The position numbers and the translations under genes are program-made. Shown here one piece after another: positions 29,699 to 43,529 of a DNA stretch of 64,000 nt. A model generated the notes under the pieces. It worked only from the letters and a program-made list of their open reading frames with translations, was not told the DNA's origin and did no database searches. Origin of the DNA: Octopus vulgaris (taxonomy: Eukaryota); assembly GCA_951406725.2 (NCBI GenBank), contig OX597835.1, positions 25,916,001 through 25,980,000 on the forward strand, written 5' to 3'. The stretch's first letter is position 1. Each line of letters begins with the position of its first letter.

Positions 29699-30326
29699 GA
29701 TGGGCTTTTAGTTTCCTTCTACAAAAAAAAAACCTCCCACAAGGCTTTGGTCTGCCGGAAACTATAGACCTTGCAGAAGACACTTGCTAAAGGTGCCATG
29801 CAGTAGAACTGAACTCGGAACCATGTAGCTGGAAGCAAACCTCTTTCCACACCCTGCACCTGCTGTATATGTTTGATTTTGTTTATTTATTTATTTACTT
29901 ATTTATTCACACTTCGTTGTCTCTCATTATTGTTATTGCCGTTGTGTTTCTGGTTGTGACTAACAAGCAGTTTAGCGTAATACAAATACAACACTGACTT
30001 CGTGGACACGGTCGGAACCTCTTATAATCCACACTAATTTATGACCAGCAACTTCAAACTCCCGCCACCGCGCTAGTTTACTTGTACACTACGCAGTACA
30101 GTATAAATAAACTTATATCATGTACATTAATGTAGAGTTACCTGTATTTCATTTAATTATTTAAGTAAATTTAGTGTTTATTTTCAAGTATGTTGGACAA
30201 CGTGACAATCTCTGATTTGGAAAAATCAATAAACCGGAATGGTTTTGGAGCCAAATATTCCGGAAAATCGATGATGTACCTGTGTTAAATTAATTTATTT
30301 TAAAGTTAATATTTATATAAGAGGCT

Positions 30327-30570
30327 AAGGCGGCGAACTGGCAGAATCGTTAGTATCCAGGGCGAAATGCTTAACAGTATTTCGTCTGTCTTTACGTTCT
30401 GAGTTCAAATTCCGCCGAGGTTGACTTTGCCTTTCATCCTTTAGGGGTCGATTAAATAAGTACCAGTCACGCACTGGGGTCGATATAATCGACTTTATCC
30501 ATTTGTCTGTCTTCGCTGTGTTTAGCTCCTTGTGGGTAGTAAAGAAATAGGTATTTCGTCTGCCGCTATG
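30327..30570 (+). mobile_element. SINE family B, followed by the start of a second body unit
   Basis: Full head to tail, then gaaata-ggtatttcgtctgccgcta. Confidence 0.85.
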
Positions 30571-30632
30571 TGTAAGTTGACTTATGTGTACTTATTTAAA
30601 TTACTGTGTAACTTTGACCAACCGAATCTATA

Positions 30633-30695
<63 letters not shown>

Positions 30696-30854
30696 ATCTC
30701 TATATATATTGGCAATATTAAAAATAAGGATTACTCCGAAGTATCAATAGCATTACCTTTAATTCTATAATTATATACTGCCTTTTGAAACCAACACATG
30801 TGTGTGTGTGTATATATATATATACACATGTATCTTTCTCTCTATATATATCTA

Positions 30855-30968
<114 letters not shown>

Positions 30969-31907
30969 CTAGCGTAACTTACCTAAGTACTGTTTATTAT
31001 TCTTTTTACTTCCCAAGGTCTGTTTCCGAATCCTAAAATCTTTGCTGATGAAAGCGAAAAAAATCAATGAAACATTGATTACCAAGACTAAAGTAGAACC
31101 AAGATCCTCCTGATTATCAAATCTGAATGATGTTTATGGCAAAAAACAAACAAAAGAAAAGCAGAAAAAAATTGTAAAATATTACAGAAAACATAAAATA
31201 CAACGAAACATAAATGAATATGGCGGCGACGGAAACAAGAAAGCAAAGAAAAAACATCATAAATAAAATCGTTAAAAAAACCCTCCTAAAACAGAAAAAA
31301 AGAGAAAAAACAAGCTCTTTCAAAAGGTCACTAAGACTTCTGGAAGATACGGAAGATACAGATTGTTTTCTAGCTATTAAAAAGGGTTATTTGGACACCT
31401 CGAAGATAATTCTGAACATAGAGATTCTATCGTGACCATTAAAAGAAGTCATTTTAACACCTTCATCATAATATCCACCATAAAGATTATATCAGAGTCA
31501 TTTAAAGAACAGAAGTGCACACACAGGAACACACACAAAACACATACACTCACAAATATACAAATCAAACAGATCCTATGGCAATGAAACAGTAGAATCC
31601 TAGGAAAACATTTATGGTTTGCGTAGGCCAAAATGATAGTGCCAAATGTTCACAGAGTGGAATGAATAATTTTGCCTTCGGGAATAAAAGTTCTAAGGTT
31701 TCGCAGAGAGGGGCTCGTCAGAGAGTGATGATGAATTGTTTACTGGATAAAGAGAGGGAGTTGTTAATACGGGGAAGAAATGAATATAACTCTAATGAAC
31801 AAGGGGATGTCGGTTACAAAAGCAAACAAAATCTTTCGAGAAAGAAAGCCTTTCCACATCCGAGTGTACACGAACATGTCAAACGTGATTGTACGCACAC
31901 ATCCCCC

Positions 31908-31966
<59 letters not shown>

Positions 31967-32549
31967 TTCTAGTCATCTTCTAAGAGGAATTAAAAAAAAC
32001 GCAGGCACAGTATTTCAGTTATCGTACCTTCCCGTCATTCTCGCTTAGCAGCCAATTTTTAAAACCTTGACCTGTTAAGTTTGCTACTTAACACTCCTTA
32101 CCTTATTGTTTAAAAACCTTAAACTTCCACTTAAATTCCTTACAGAACACTCTTTGCCTTTCATTCTCTTTCAACCTGTAACTATTTCATCTCTTTATAT
32201 ATTTTCGTTATTACAAATAATTTTCTCATATTCTGTTGACGAGTTCTTGAGCGAAACCTGCTAGAATGCAAAATAAAAAGATTATATATATAAGGAAACT
32301 ATACTTATGTATATATATCTTATATCTTTGATTCGTTTCACGCATTACACTGCGGCCATACTGGGGCACCGCCTTAAAGAACTTTAGAGGAATTTATTGA
32401 CCCCGTACTTGTTATTTAAATTTGAAATATTCTGTCCTTCTCTTTTGCCGAACTGCCAAGTTACGGGGACATAAGCAAACCAGCTGTGGTTGCCAAGCAG
32501 CGGTGGGCGACAAACACATACGCAAATACACACACACACATACTTATGT

Positions 32550-32765
32550 ATGGATCGTTAGCTCCTACACGCAATTTTTTTCTCTCCTTGTTTCTTTTCT
32601 GTGTATCTTTCTGTCGAAGAGCGTAGGCTCGAAACGTAAAAGACGTGTTTTATTTCTATTCCTGAGCGCCATACTAATACATCGTTTGTTTGTACTCCAC
32701 CTGCCTTCATCTTTTGTTTATTTTCGTAAACCTGCCTTCGTCTTTTTTTTTTCGTAAACCTTCCC
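32550..32765 (+). mobile_element. Short hammerhead-bearing repeat inserted within a minus-strand family A SINE
   Basis: tcttt-CTGTCGA-a-gagc gtag gctc-GAAA-cg-TA-aaaga at 32606-32643; SINE A halves at ~32330-32540 and ~32770-32917. Confidence 0.75.
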
Positions 32766-32929
32766 GTTATATATCTGTGTACCAAATTCAATCACAATGC
32801 TTTGGGCGGTCCAAGGGTATTGGAGGAGGTACTCGCCCAAGGTGTCATGCAGTGGGACTGAACACGGAATCATATGGTTGGGAGGAAACTTCTTACCACA
32901 CAACCATGCCTGTACCTATATAAAAAGAT

Positions 32930-32977
<48 letters not shown>

Positions 32978-34189
32978 TGTGTGCGTGGGTATGTGTGAAT
33001 ATATATGTACACACATACGTACGTAGGCGTGGATGTATACACACATTTATCCCATTGATAGATAGAACGCCAGGAAAAATCGCTAGCCACTAAACCTTTT
33101 TATATTTTTTCCGTTTATTTCTGGGTTCCTTTCTGTCAAAGAGTGTTGGCTCGAAACGTAAAGACTTTCTCACTTCCCGAACGTTAAACTAATACATCTT
33201 GTTATTTACACATCTGTCTTCGTCTTTTGTTTTTTGTAAATTCTCACTATTCCTCCACATACTTGTATACTCACGTATGTATAAAAATGTATATAGATAG
33301 ATCAAAACAACCGCTCGCACACATGTAGAGAGTGTAAAGTCGTGTTCTTTCTAAGACCGAAAAAATAAATGCATTTGTAGCCGCAACTACATAGCTGCGG
33401 TTGAGAAGAAAGTAGTCACTCTAGATAGATTAGAAGGAAATGAGGCGTTTATTGATACCCGTAGGGGTGATAGTTCTAAGAGCAGAAATGAAATGTTTTT
33501 CTCCTTCGAATTTACAGTCGATGTTGCGCCAGTGATATTAGGTGACCCGCCACATAAAGAGAAGTAGCTCATGTAGTGATTGGAGAATCGAACTTCCCGG
33601 TTACATGTTTGGAGATTGCTTGTCTGCTTGACAAACGTAGGAGGTAAAAAAAACCCCGTGACACGAGAATGCTGATCTTTGAACCAAATATTCCTTGTAG
33701 TTGGTGGTCGATAGGGCGAGATTGATCGGGGGATTTTGATGGTTTCTTGTAAATATCCCATTTGTATGTCAAAGAGCATCCATTTCCTTGATACAGCGTG
33801 TGATTCTGAGAATGGTGAATGGTGATTTTGGTGATTAATGATACATAAGGTTTTATGTCCTGTTCACTATCGCAGCTTATTTGTTTTTCTTTATTAATCT
33901 GTATTGATAAATGAATATTATCGTATATCTTAAGTTTTAAGTTATTCCAGTACACACACACATATATATATAACTATCTATGCATCTATATACATATAAC
34001 TTTACGTATATATATATATATACATTTACATGTATATGTGCATATATGTATATGTGTATGTATATATATGTGCGTGTATGATTAAATGTTTATATATATA
34101 TATATATATAAACATTTAATTATCCACGCATATATATATATATATATATGCATTATATACATACATACATGTATACATGCACACATACA

Positions 34190-34263
<74 letters not shown>

Positions 34264-34285
34264 TAATATATACTATATATATGTT

Positions 34286-34379
34286 GAGGCGCTATTGCTC
34301 AATGGTTAGGGCAGCGGACTCGCGGTCGTAGGATCGCGGTTTCGATTCTCAGAGCGGGCGTTGTGAGTGTTTATTGAGC
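34286..34379 (+). mobile_element. SINE family C head only (truncated)
   Basis: Matches the first ~95 bp of 53352-53737, then stops abruptly. Confidence 0.85.
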
Positions 34380-35736
34380 CTAATATATCCTACTAATATA
34401 ATATAAATAAATAAATTAAATAAAGTAGAATGAAATCTTTAAAAATTTTCTATGACTATTGCATAAATTCCATATATCTAGTGAAATTATTAAGTTCGTC
34501 TTGGTTACCTCCCTTCCATTACACTTTAAAATAATTTAAAGGCTCTTGATATATGTGCTAATTGATAAGTTTTTTTTTCTTGCTAGGAATATTCCTATAA
34601 AATTCTCTTCTAAATTCCCCTTAATTAATATTCAATAGAAAATAATATCTATGCTATTTAGCCTCTATTTTAAAATGGTCTGATTATTAATAAAATTTCT
34701 AACCAATAGGTTTGATCTGTTCTTCACATGTTATACACAAATCTCACACGAAAACTCCCATGATAAATTACATTAATTTTAGTCTAGTATTTATAAAATT
34801 ATATTATAATTATTAAACATTTTCTTATAGTAGCTTACCTCACATATTATAAATAAACTAGGTATATCCTATAATAGGTTTTTAGAATACAAATCTAGTC
34901 TACTCTTGATCTACTACAGTCTAAATTTATTTTTATTTTTCAATTTGCTGACTGTAATTTTAAACCATTTTATCTTACTCATTTACCCACTATATCATCT
35001 TACCGAATAATACATTTCTATTAGATACACGCTTAACCTATATAGAACCAAGCTGTTATAACTCACTATCTATTTTATAGCTCAAGTGAAGTACATTCTA
35101 AAATCATTAACATGCTGGAAATAAATTATATGTCTAGCATATTCCTTTAATTTAACTCATTAATACAAATAAATTACTATTTACTAACTATAAATCTATA
35201 TTAATAATAATTTGATGTATATATTCTTATAAATATGAAATGATTTCTATACTCTCCATCCCTATATAAGGTACTAAAATTTATTAGAATCCTTTGAAAA
35301 AATAACTATCTAAAGGATATTTATTTCAAATCACAAATAGGATTATGGCTGTTAAATAGTTAAGGTATCGGAAGTTTCTATCCCCCCTACCCTATTAGCT
35401 TCAGCCTACAAACTTTAGCTAAAATACTTTAAGCTGTACCAAAGTTAGGTTCTTCAAAAAAGAGTTTGATTTATGGTTCTGCCACTTAAACTGCCTGTAC
35501 CTCTATCTATAAATAGGTAAATTCTTGGTTGTCTCCACTGAACTTAATAGAATAAAACCCCCTCCCTAATAGTAAATCTAAATAACAAAGTAAAATCTAC
35601 CCATGAGTAAATATTCACTACCATGTTCTTACTGATGAAATTCACCTCTCTGTCTATATACCTTCCCTCTTTGTAATGTTGGAAAATGGAGTAAGTATAA
35701 AAATGAATATTGTCAATTTAATTAAAAAATTCCATA

Positions 35737-35824
35737 TGTGGCTGAAGATTGGTCTACATTTAAAAACTAATGTAATACTTCCATTGTTTAATTAAATGAA
35801 GTAGCATGAAACGATTGTACTGCA
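35737..35824 (+). ncRNA. Degenerate type I hammerhead motif
   Basis: tgtgg-CTGAAGA-(~60 nt)-GAAA-cgattg-TA-ctgca; sister copy GAAA-cgatcg-TA-ctgca at 58977-58993. Confidence 0.45.
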
Positions 35825-35862
35825 CTACCTTTGGATATCCTTGTTGCTTATTTTGTTTAAAA

Positions 35863-35897
<35 letters not shown>

Positions 35898-36094
35898 AAT
35901 AAGGATATTATATTTATTTCGTCATTATATTTACTGCGGTGATGTTTTAACCATATCGCACGAGGAGTTATAGACGGGCAATTTAAACTGGTTATGTGCA
36001 TACGTGCATATATATATGTATGTATACGTTCGTATATGTAAGAATTTGTATGTTATATGTATATATATGTGTATTTATGTTACTATTTGCGTAT

Positions 36095-36152
36095 ATTCCA
36101 CTGACGAGGCAAAGCATTTCTTATGCAAAGTCAGAAATCCGGGATCTGGAAT
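36095..36152 (+). ncRNA. Type I hammerhead ribozyme, near-intact
   Basis: attcca-CTGACGA-ggc aaa gcat ttctt atgc aaa gtc a-GAAA-tccggga-TC-tggaat; 6-bp helix I, one extra A before GAAA. Confidence 0.7.
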
Positions 36153-36306
36153 TATCCAGTAATTTTTTACTAGTTTTTTTCGTCCGTTTTGTCTTCTCTC
36201 CTGTTGCTGTATGAACATTTAATGTGGTTTTAGAGTCAAATTTTGGCTGCTATTTCCAGCGTGGCGGTATCTCTTAGATACCCTAAATAATAATTATATA
36301 TATATA

Positions 36307-36695
36307 CTAGCAGTATCGCCCGGCGTTGCTCGGGTTTGTAAGGGAAATAACTATATAAGCATTTTTAGAGTGTTATAGCCAAAAAATAGCAAAAAATGCA
36401 TTAAAAATGGAAAAAATGATGGTAATTTTTTTTTAATCGTTGACTCATCGTAGACATTTTTAGAGAGTTACTTCCCTTATATAATAGCAAAAAATGCATT
36501 AAAATAGAAAAAAAATGATGGTATTTAAAAAAAAAATCTTAGACTCATCGTAGACGCGCGCTAGTACCCAGAAGGGCTCGATATGAATCACGACTATAAG
36601 ATACCCGGTTTTGGTTAAACTGCACCGCAAAATGTGGGAGTAGTTAGGAATCTAAATCGTAGGAGGCAGACACAAACTTCTCTTTATATATATAA

Positions 36696-36698
<3 letters not shown>
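36307..36698 (-). mobile_element. Non-autonomous Helitron
   Basis: Minus strand begins TC(tttatatata), ends with hairpin cccgagcaacgccggg followed by CTAG, inserted between A and T with no TSD; second copy at 55959. Confidence 0.85.
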
Positions 36699-36751
<53 letters not shown>

Positions 36752-37200
36752 ACAAATATATACAAATATATATATATATATGTGCGTGTGTGTGTGTGTG
36801 TGTGTAGATGTATGATTCTGTACGAGAGCGTGCTTGTGTGTTTGTATGTGTTGTTTATATATCGCCAAGAGAGCAAGCTAACGATCATTCAGTTACTAGA
36901 TTGAATTCTTTAAACGGAGACTCTGAAACGCTGAACCACTTCATCAAGGGGTTAAACACTGGCAATATTTTTTTTGTAGATTCTGGTTCTAGACGAAAAT
37001 AGAAAAAAAGCAACATAATAGAAAAGAAAAAAAAAACAGAAAAAAAAATGAAATGAGCAATATTATAACACAAATGAAAACCGGTGATGTGTCGAGATGC
37101 AATCAGCTGTAATAATTATGTGAATGCGCTTCATTTATTTCTGATGTGATTGCTATTTCAATTGATTTTGAAAAGAAAAAGAAAATGTCCCTCATTGATA

Positions 37201-37201
<1 letters not shown>

Positions 37202-37272
<71 letters not shown>

Positions 37273-37277
37273 GGATT

Positions 37278-37357
<80 letters not shown>

Positions 37358-37389
37358 CATTATTATTATTATTATTATCATTATCATCA

Positions 37390-37444
<55 letters not shown>

Positions 37445-37533
37445 CATTATTATCATAATTGTTATTATTATTATGATAAAGATGATGATGATTATTTTTC
37501 TGTTATTGTTACAGCAACAGCAGCAACAACAAG

Positions 37534-37606
<73 letters not shown>

Positions 37607-37640
37607 ACCACCACCACCACCACCACCACCACCACCACAT
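37202..37640. repeat. Compound trinucleotide microsatellite (TAT/CAT/CAG/CTA/CTG/CCA)
   Basis: Direct inspection; source of the poly-I/L/S/G ORFs. Confidence 0.95.
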
Positions 37641-37815
37641 ACATGCATACATACATATATACATGCGTACGTACATACATACATATATAATGCATACATG
37701 CATACATACAAACATACATCCATAAACAAATACAAATATACATATATATAAATACATACACACACAGATACGTACATACACAGATACGTCCATATATAAA
37801 TACATGCATACACAC

Positions 37816-37847
<32 letters not shown>

Positions 37848-38584
37848 CCATATACACTTATACAGAAATAAGTAAATCAAGACCCTCTCCACTCCACTAC
37901 GAGGACAGACCGAAAAAAAAAATGACCAGAAGTCAAAACTAAATGTAAAAAAAACCGTAATCACGAATTGCTACAAAACACACACTCTGTCATATAGATA
38001 TACATACAAACTTATATATGTGTGTGTGTGTTTATACAAATGTGTGTGTAAATATAAAAGAGCAACAATCAAAACAGTATCAAAATTTTCTTTAAAACCT
38101 CTTTCTACACGGAAACGTTGACATAAAACCTGACGAAATCTGAAACGAACTACACTGGAATAACAATATAGTAAAGAGATAAAATGTAATGAAAATCAGC
38201 TTCCTACAATGAAAGAACGCAAATTATAACGGTATAAAAAGAGTGGGGTAAAATATATATAAAAGTATTATTGCGGAAGAAGAAAAAACATAAAGAAAAA
38301 CAAGAAAACAGAAAAAAAAAGATCAGACGCGTTGAAAAGAATTAATGAACTGTGTGTGGTTTGTATTTATATGTATTCATCGTCATCTATTGTTTTAGAG
38401 ATAAGTTTTGAGTGAGAGAAGAAAGGAGGAGATAGGGATGAGACATCCTCACACAGAAAGGATATGAACTTCTCTGCACTTATTTAGTAGATTAACCAAA
38501 AATTATTCATATATATATATATATATATATATTCCTGATGATTTCATTTGAATGAAACAGTTCTAGTCCTGTAGAAGCTCCTTC

Positions 38585-38670
<86 letters not shown>

Positions 38671-38673
<3 letters not shown>

Positions 38674-39058
38674 CGCAGGAGTGGCTGTGTGGTAAGTAGC
38701 TTGTTTACCAACCACATGGTTCCAGGTTCAGTCCCACTGCGTGGCACCTTGGGCAAGTGTCTTCTACTATAGCCTCGAGTCGACCAAAGCCTTGTGAGTG
38801 GATTTGGTAGACGGAAACTGAAAGAAGCCCGTCGTATATATGTATATAAATGCGTGTGTGTGTTTGTGTATCTGTGTTTGTCCCCCTAGCATTGCTTGAC
38901 AACCGATGCTGGTGTGTTTATGTCCCCGTTACTTAGCGGTTCGGCAAAAGGGACCGATAGAATAAGTATTAAAAGAATAAGTTCTGGGGTCGAGTTGCTC
39001 GATTAAAGGCGGTGCTCCAGCATAGCCGCAGTCAAATGACTGAAACAAGTAAAAGAGT
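38671..39058 (+). mobile_element. SINE family A, full length
   Basis: aggcgcaggagtggctgtgtggtaag ... ggcggtgctccagcatagccgcagtcaaatgactgaaacaagtaaaagag. Confidence 0.92.
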
Positions 39059-39069
39059 ATATATATATG

Positions 39070-39102
<33 letters not shown>

Positions 39103-39536
39103 TGAAGGTTTGGAAATGATGTACAGGTATTATATATTAGAAGAAATGAGGTACTCAGAAATCTGGATGGTTTTATATTTACAGATAATTATTAATATGC
39201 CACATGTTTTTATAAATCATATATATTAGCGCTTGCGTCCACTCTAGTGGAGTAGTCAGAATCTTACCGGAAATAGCGTACCAGTTGAAAAGGATATCCA
39301 CGGTAACCAACTTCAATGAGGAATGAAACCACGCGTCATCCCTTGTCAAGAACCTCGTCGACCAATTCCTGATACTAGGTTTCTTTTAGCTGGTGATAAT
39401 GTTAAGTTCAACTACAATGGCTGTTTTTGCATTCCCGGGGTGCAGGAATGTCTAGTCGTAGTGTACTACCCCTGGGAATACGAGACTGTCTTTTCGTCCA
39501 TTTGCGTTTCCCAGTCTGAGGCTGGATGCAAAATTA

Positions 39537-39577
<41 letters not shown>

Positions 39578-39579
39578 TA

Positions 39580-40122
39580 GTTTTATTTTTATTTTTATAG
39601 CGTGCTTTCACTTCACTACCGAGCGCAGCTCTGTGTGCCTTGGATATGTGCTGTGATTTGTTGTGATGCTCTGATGGTTATTGTATGGAAAGTGTTCTGC
39701 GTAGGATGTGGGCAGTGCCTAGTAGTGCAATTTTCTGTATGTTATATGTGTTTGTAAGTCCTGGTGTTTTTGTTATGTATTTGTCTGAATATTTTTTTAT
39801 CATGCCTAATGCACCTACTATGATAGGAATTGTTTCTGTTTTCAGATTCCACATTCTAGTTACCTCTATTTCCAGGTCTTTGTATTTTGAGAGTTTCTCC
39901 ATTTCTTTTAGAGACACGTTGTCATCTGCCGGTATTGATACATCAATTAAAAAGCATTTTTTTCTTCATGATCTCTGACAACTATATCTGGTCTGTTGGC
40001 CTTAATTTCTCTATCTGTGTGTATCGGCATATCCCAGAGTATGGTTGCTTTCTCGTTTTCTGTGACCTTTTCTGGTGTGTGCCTATACCATCTTTTTTCT
40101 GTTGTTATTCCATAATGTTGGC
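39580..40122 (-). mobile_element. R4/Dong-like LINE 3' end inserted in a (TAA)n tract
   Basis: CQHYGITTEKRWYRHTPEKVTENEKATILWDMPIHTDREIKANRPDIVV / SLKEMEKLSKYKDLEIEVTRMWNLKTETIPIIVGALG...IQKIALLGTAHILRRTL; (TAT)n on both sides. Confidence 0.92.
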
Positions 40123-40123
40123 A

Positions 40124-40204
<81 letters not shown>

Positions 40205-40220
40205 CATTATTATAATAATA

Positions 40221-40253
<33 letters not shown>

Positions 40254-40276
40254 TATTATTACTATTATTATTATTA

Positions 40277-40438
<162 letters not shown>

Positions 40439-40439
40439 G

Positions 40440-40646
40440 CCGTTGCACAGCTTCTAACGCTGGAAATGTACCACGTTGCCAGCTGTTCACTACCATTGAA
40501 CTAAGGTAACACCTCTTATTTTTCGAGCACCTTCCGGAATGTTCGAGCGGTTCCAAGCAGTGCTGTTTTCTGCAAGTGCTCCACGCTTATTTTGCTCCCT
40601 ACTTGTTCCATGTACTTCTCAAGATTTATTGCAGCCCCTATTTGAT

Positions 40647-40650
<4 letters not shown>
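40440..40650 (-). mobile_element. Second, severely truncated Dong-like 3' end in the same (TAA)n tract
   Basis: IGAAINLEKYMEQVGSKISVEHLQKTALLGTARTFRKVLEK* plus a short 3' UTR. Confidence 0.85.
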
Positions 40651-40713
<63 letters not shown>

Positions 40714-40733
40714 CATCATCATCATCATCATCA

Positions 40734-40813
<80 letters not shown>

Positions 40814-41584
40814 TTGCTATTTGGTATATGTTATTATGAATGGTATCTACAAAATACCCGAAAATAATTCGTAATGAAATTAGTTGCATATAACTTTCAT
40901 ATCTTTCTTGTTCAGATTCAGGTGAGCGCACATATTTAAAGGTAACTGAAAACTGCGAAATTCTCGCTTTATAAATAGGAAATATTTCGTGTTGTGTCAG
41001 AAAACTGAAATTGCACAGAAAGCCCTGCAGACTTCGAAGACAAAATTAGAAATGTCTTTACATATGTACATGAATCGGGGAAGCAACACGGCTGCCGCCA
41101 GTGCCAGGTTGGTATTCTAGATAAAACTTCTTTCTTTATATATATGTATATATACATAACTTGTAATAAAATTTTTGACTTTAATATAAGGGAAAAGTAT
41201 TTTGACAAAAAGTACAGGTCATAAAATGACTAAATTTATTGTATTAACTGCCTTGCAGACATGAATGGATTAAAACCAATGATTATATTAACACGAACAA
41301 AGATCCTAAATATTAAGTTCCCTTCGGGTGGTTCTTTTTCCACGTTCATAAAAACAGCTAGATGAATAAAGTTGGAGTACATTTATGGAGTGATAACGGG
41401 TTTAATAGGTATCCACATAGTTTACGAAATGAAGGGATTTTGTGGGTGTCGGTTCAGGTCTTAAAAGGTGATATAAAGAAGGATCTGCATTATTCCGGGG
41501 AGAGTCATGGGTGTAGAGTCTTTAGGTACCTCTTCCATAGGAGCCTCATGAAAGCAATCGTCATTGGATTTTCTGGTTATTTAT

Positions 41585-41987
41585 TCTTTTACTTGTTTCA
41601 GTCATTTGACAGCAGCCATGCTGGAGCACCGCCTGTAGTCGAGCAAATCGACCCCGGGACTTATTCTTTATAAGCCCAGTATTTATTCTATCGGTCTCTT
41701 TTGCCAAACCGCTAAGTTACGGGGACGTAAACACACCAGCATCGGTTGTCAAGCAATGCTAGAGGGACAAACACAGACACACGAACATATACACACACAT
41801 ACATATATATATATACATATATACTACAGGCTTCTTTCAGTTTCCGTCCACCAAATCCACTCACAAGGCTTTGGTCAGCCCGAGGCTATAGCAGAAGACA
41901 TTTGCCCAAGATGCCACGCAGTGGGACTGAACCCGGAACCATGTGGTAGGTAAACAAGCTACTTACCACACAGCCACTCCTGCGCCT
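41585..41987 (-). mobile_element. SINE family A, full length
   Basis: Reverse complement of the consensus. Confidence 0.92.
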
Positions 41988-41999
41988 TATTTATTATTT

Positions 42000-42400
42000 T
42001 ATTTTTTCCAGTCATTTGACAGCAGCCATGCTGAAGCACCGCTTTTTAGCTGAAGAAACCAATCCCAGAACTTATTCTTTGTAAGCTTGGTACTTATTCT
42101 ATCGATGTCTTTTGCCGAAACGCTATGTAACGGGACGTAAAAACACCAACATCTGTTGTTAAGTGACGGTGGTGGGGACGACAAACACAAACATAAAGAC
42201 ACACACATAAATATATATGTATATATTTATATATATACGACGGGCTTCTTTCAATCTCCGTATACCAAATCCACTCACAAGGCTTTGGTTGGCCCGAGGC
42301 TATAGTACAAGACACTCCCCCAAGGTGCCACGCAATGGGACTGAACCCGGAGCCATGTGGTTAGGAAGTAAGCTTCTTACCACACAGCCACACCAGCGCC
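42000..42400 (-). mobile_element. SINE family A, older adjacent copy
   Basis: Reverse complement of the consensus, more diverged. Confidence 0.88.
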
Positions 42401-42469
42401 TATTACTCAGCCACTTTGTTCACCTATCGCGGTTTATTACTTAAGCTTAAGTTGATTCCTCCGTGGTGT

Positions 42470-42724
<255 letters not shown>

Positions 42725-43060
42725 AGAGTTCACGAAAAAAACAAAAGACTAAGACAGGTGGTATATATATATATATATAATTCAGAAATGTAATCACACG
42801 TGCATTGATGGTTGGTGACTTTTCCTTATTTTTTTCATTTTGCTCCTTCGACATTTCTCTTTCCGGCAAAGAGCTGTACTCGAAACATTAACAATTCTCT
42901 CCTTTCACCGAGCGTCAAATTAATATATTGCATGTGCACGTACCCACGTTCATTTTTCTTCTCTTCTTTTTTTTCTGCTTTTTAAAATTGTTCTTTGAAA
43001 TGACTACATACATACATATTTGCATATATACATACACACATATATACATATATATGCATG

Positions 43061-43096
<36 letters not shown>

Positions 43097-43327
43097 TACG
43101 CACATGCAGACTCACAGACACGTGCATATACATATATATATATATATACCCATAATAGAACACATATTTATTGGTTGAGCTTTAGTAAAGTACAAAACCG
43201 AAGCGATAAAGTTTTTATCTCTTCTTTACAGCTCTGTGGCATAATGAATGTCCAGTAGCATCGCTTGTAGGCCAGCGATAAAATCTCATTGAATTGTAAT
43301 CATCATCATCATCATTATTATTATTAC

Positions 43328-43396
<69 letters not shown>

Positions 43397-43425
43397 TATT
43401 ATTATTACTATTACTATTATTATTA

Positions 43426-43529
<104 letters not shown>

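Noticed and set aside
31000-31900. Lys-rich ORFs at 31214-31435 and 31614-32048
   Set aside because: A-rich biased sequence, no domain recognised, no consistent splice signals
34380-35760. Mitochondrial insertion (NUMT) or ciliate-code gene
   Set aside because: The composition is suggestive, but I could not find any mitochondrial rRNA, tRNA or protein motif, nor a convincing frame when reading TAA/TAG as Gln; kept only as an unexplained block
37103-37813. Poly-G/S/C/I protein
   Set aside because: Compound trinucleotide microsatellite
38530-38575. CTGATGA...GAAA hammerhead-like motif (similar weak ones at ~31047 and ~48545)
   Set aside because: Core words are present but helix I and III cannot be formed convincingly; too degenerate to call
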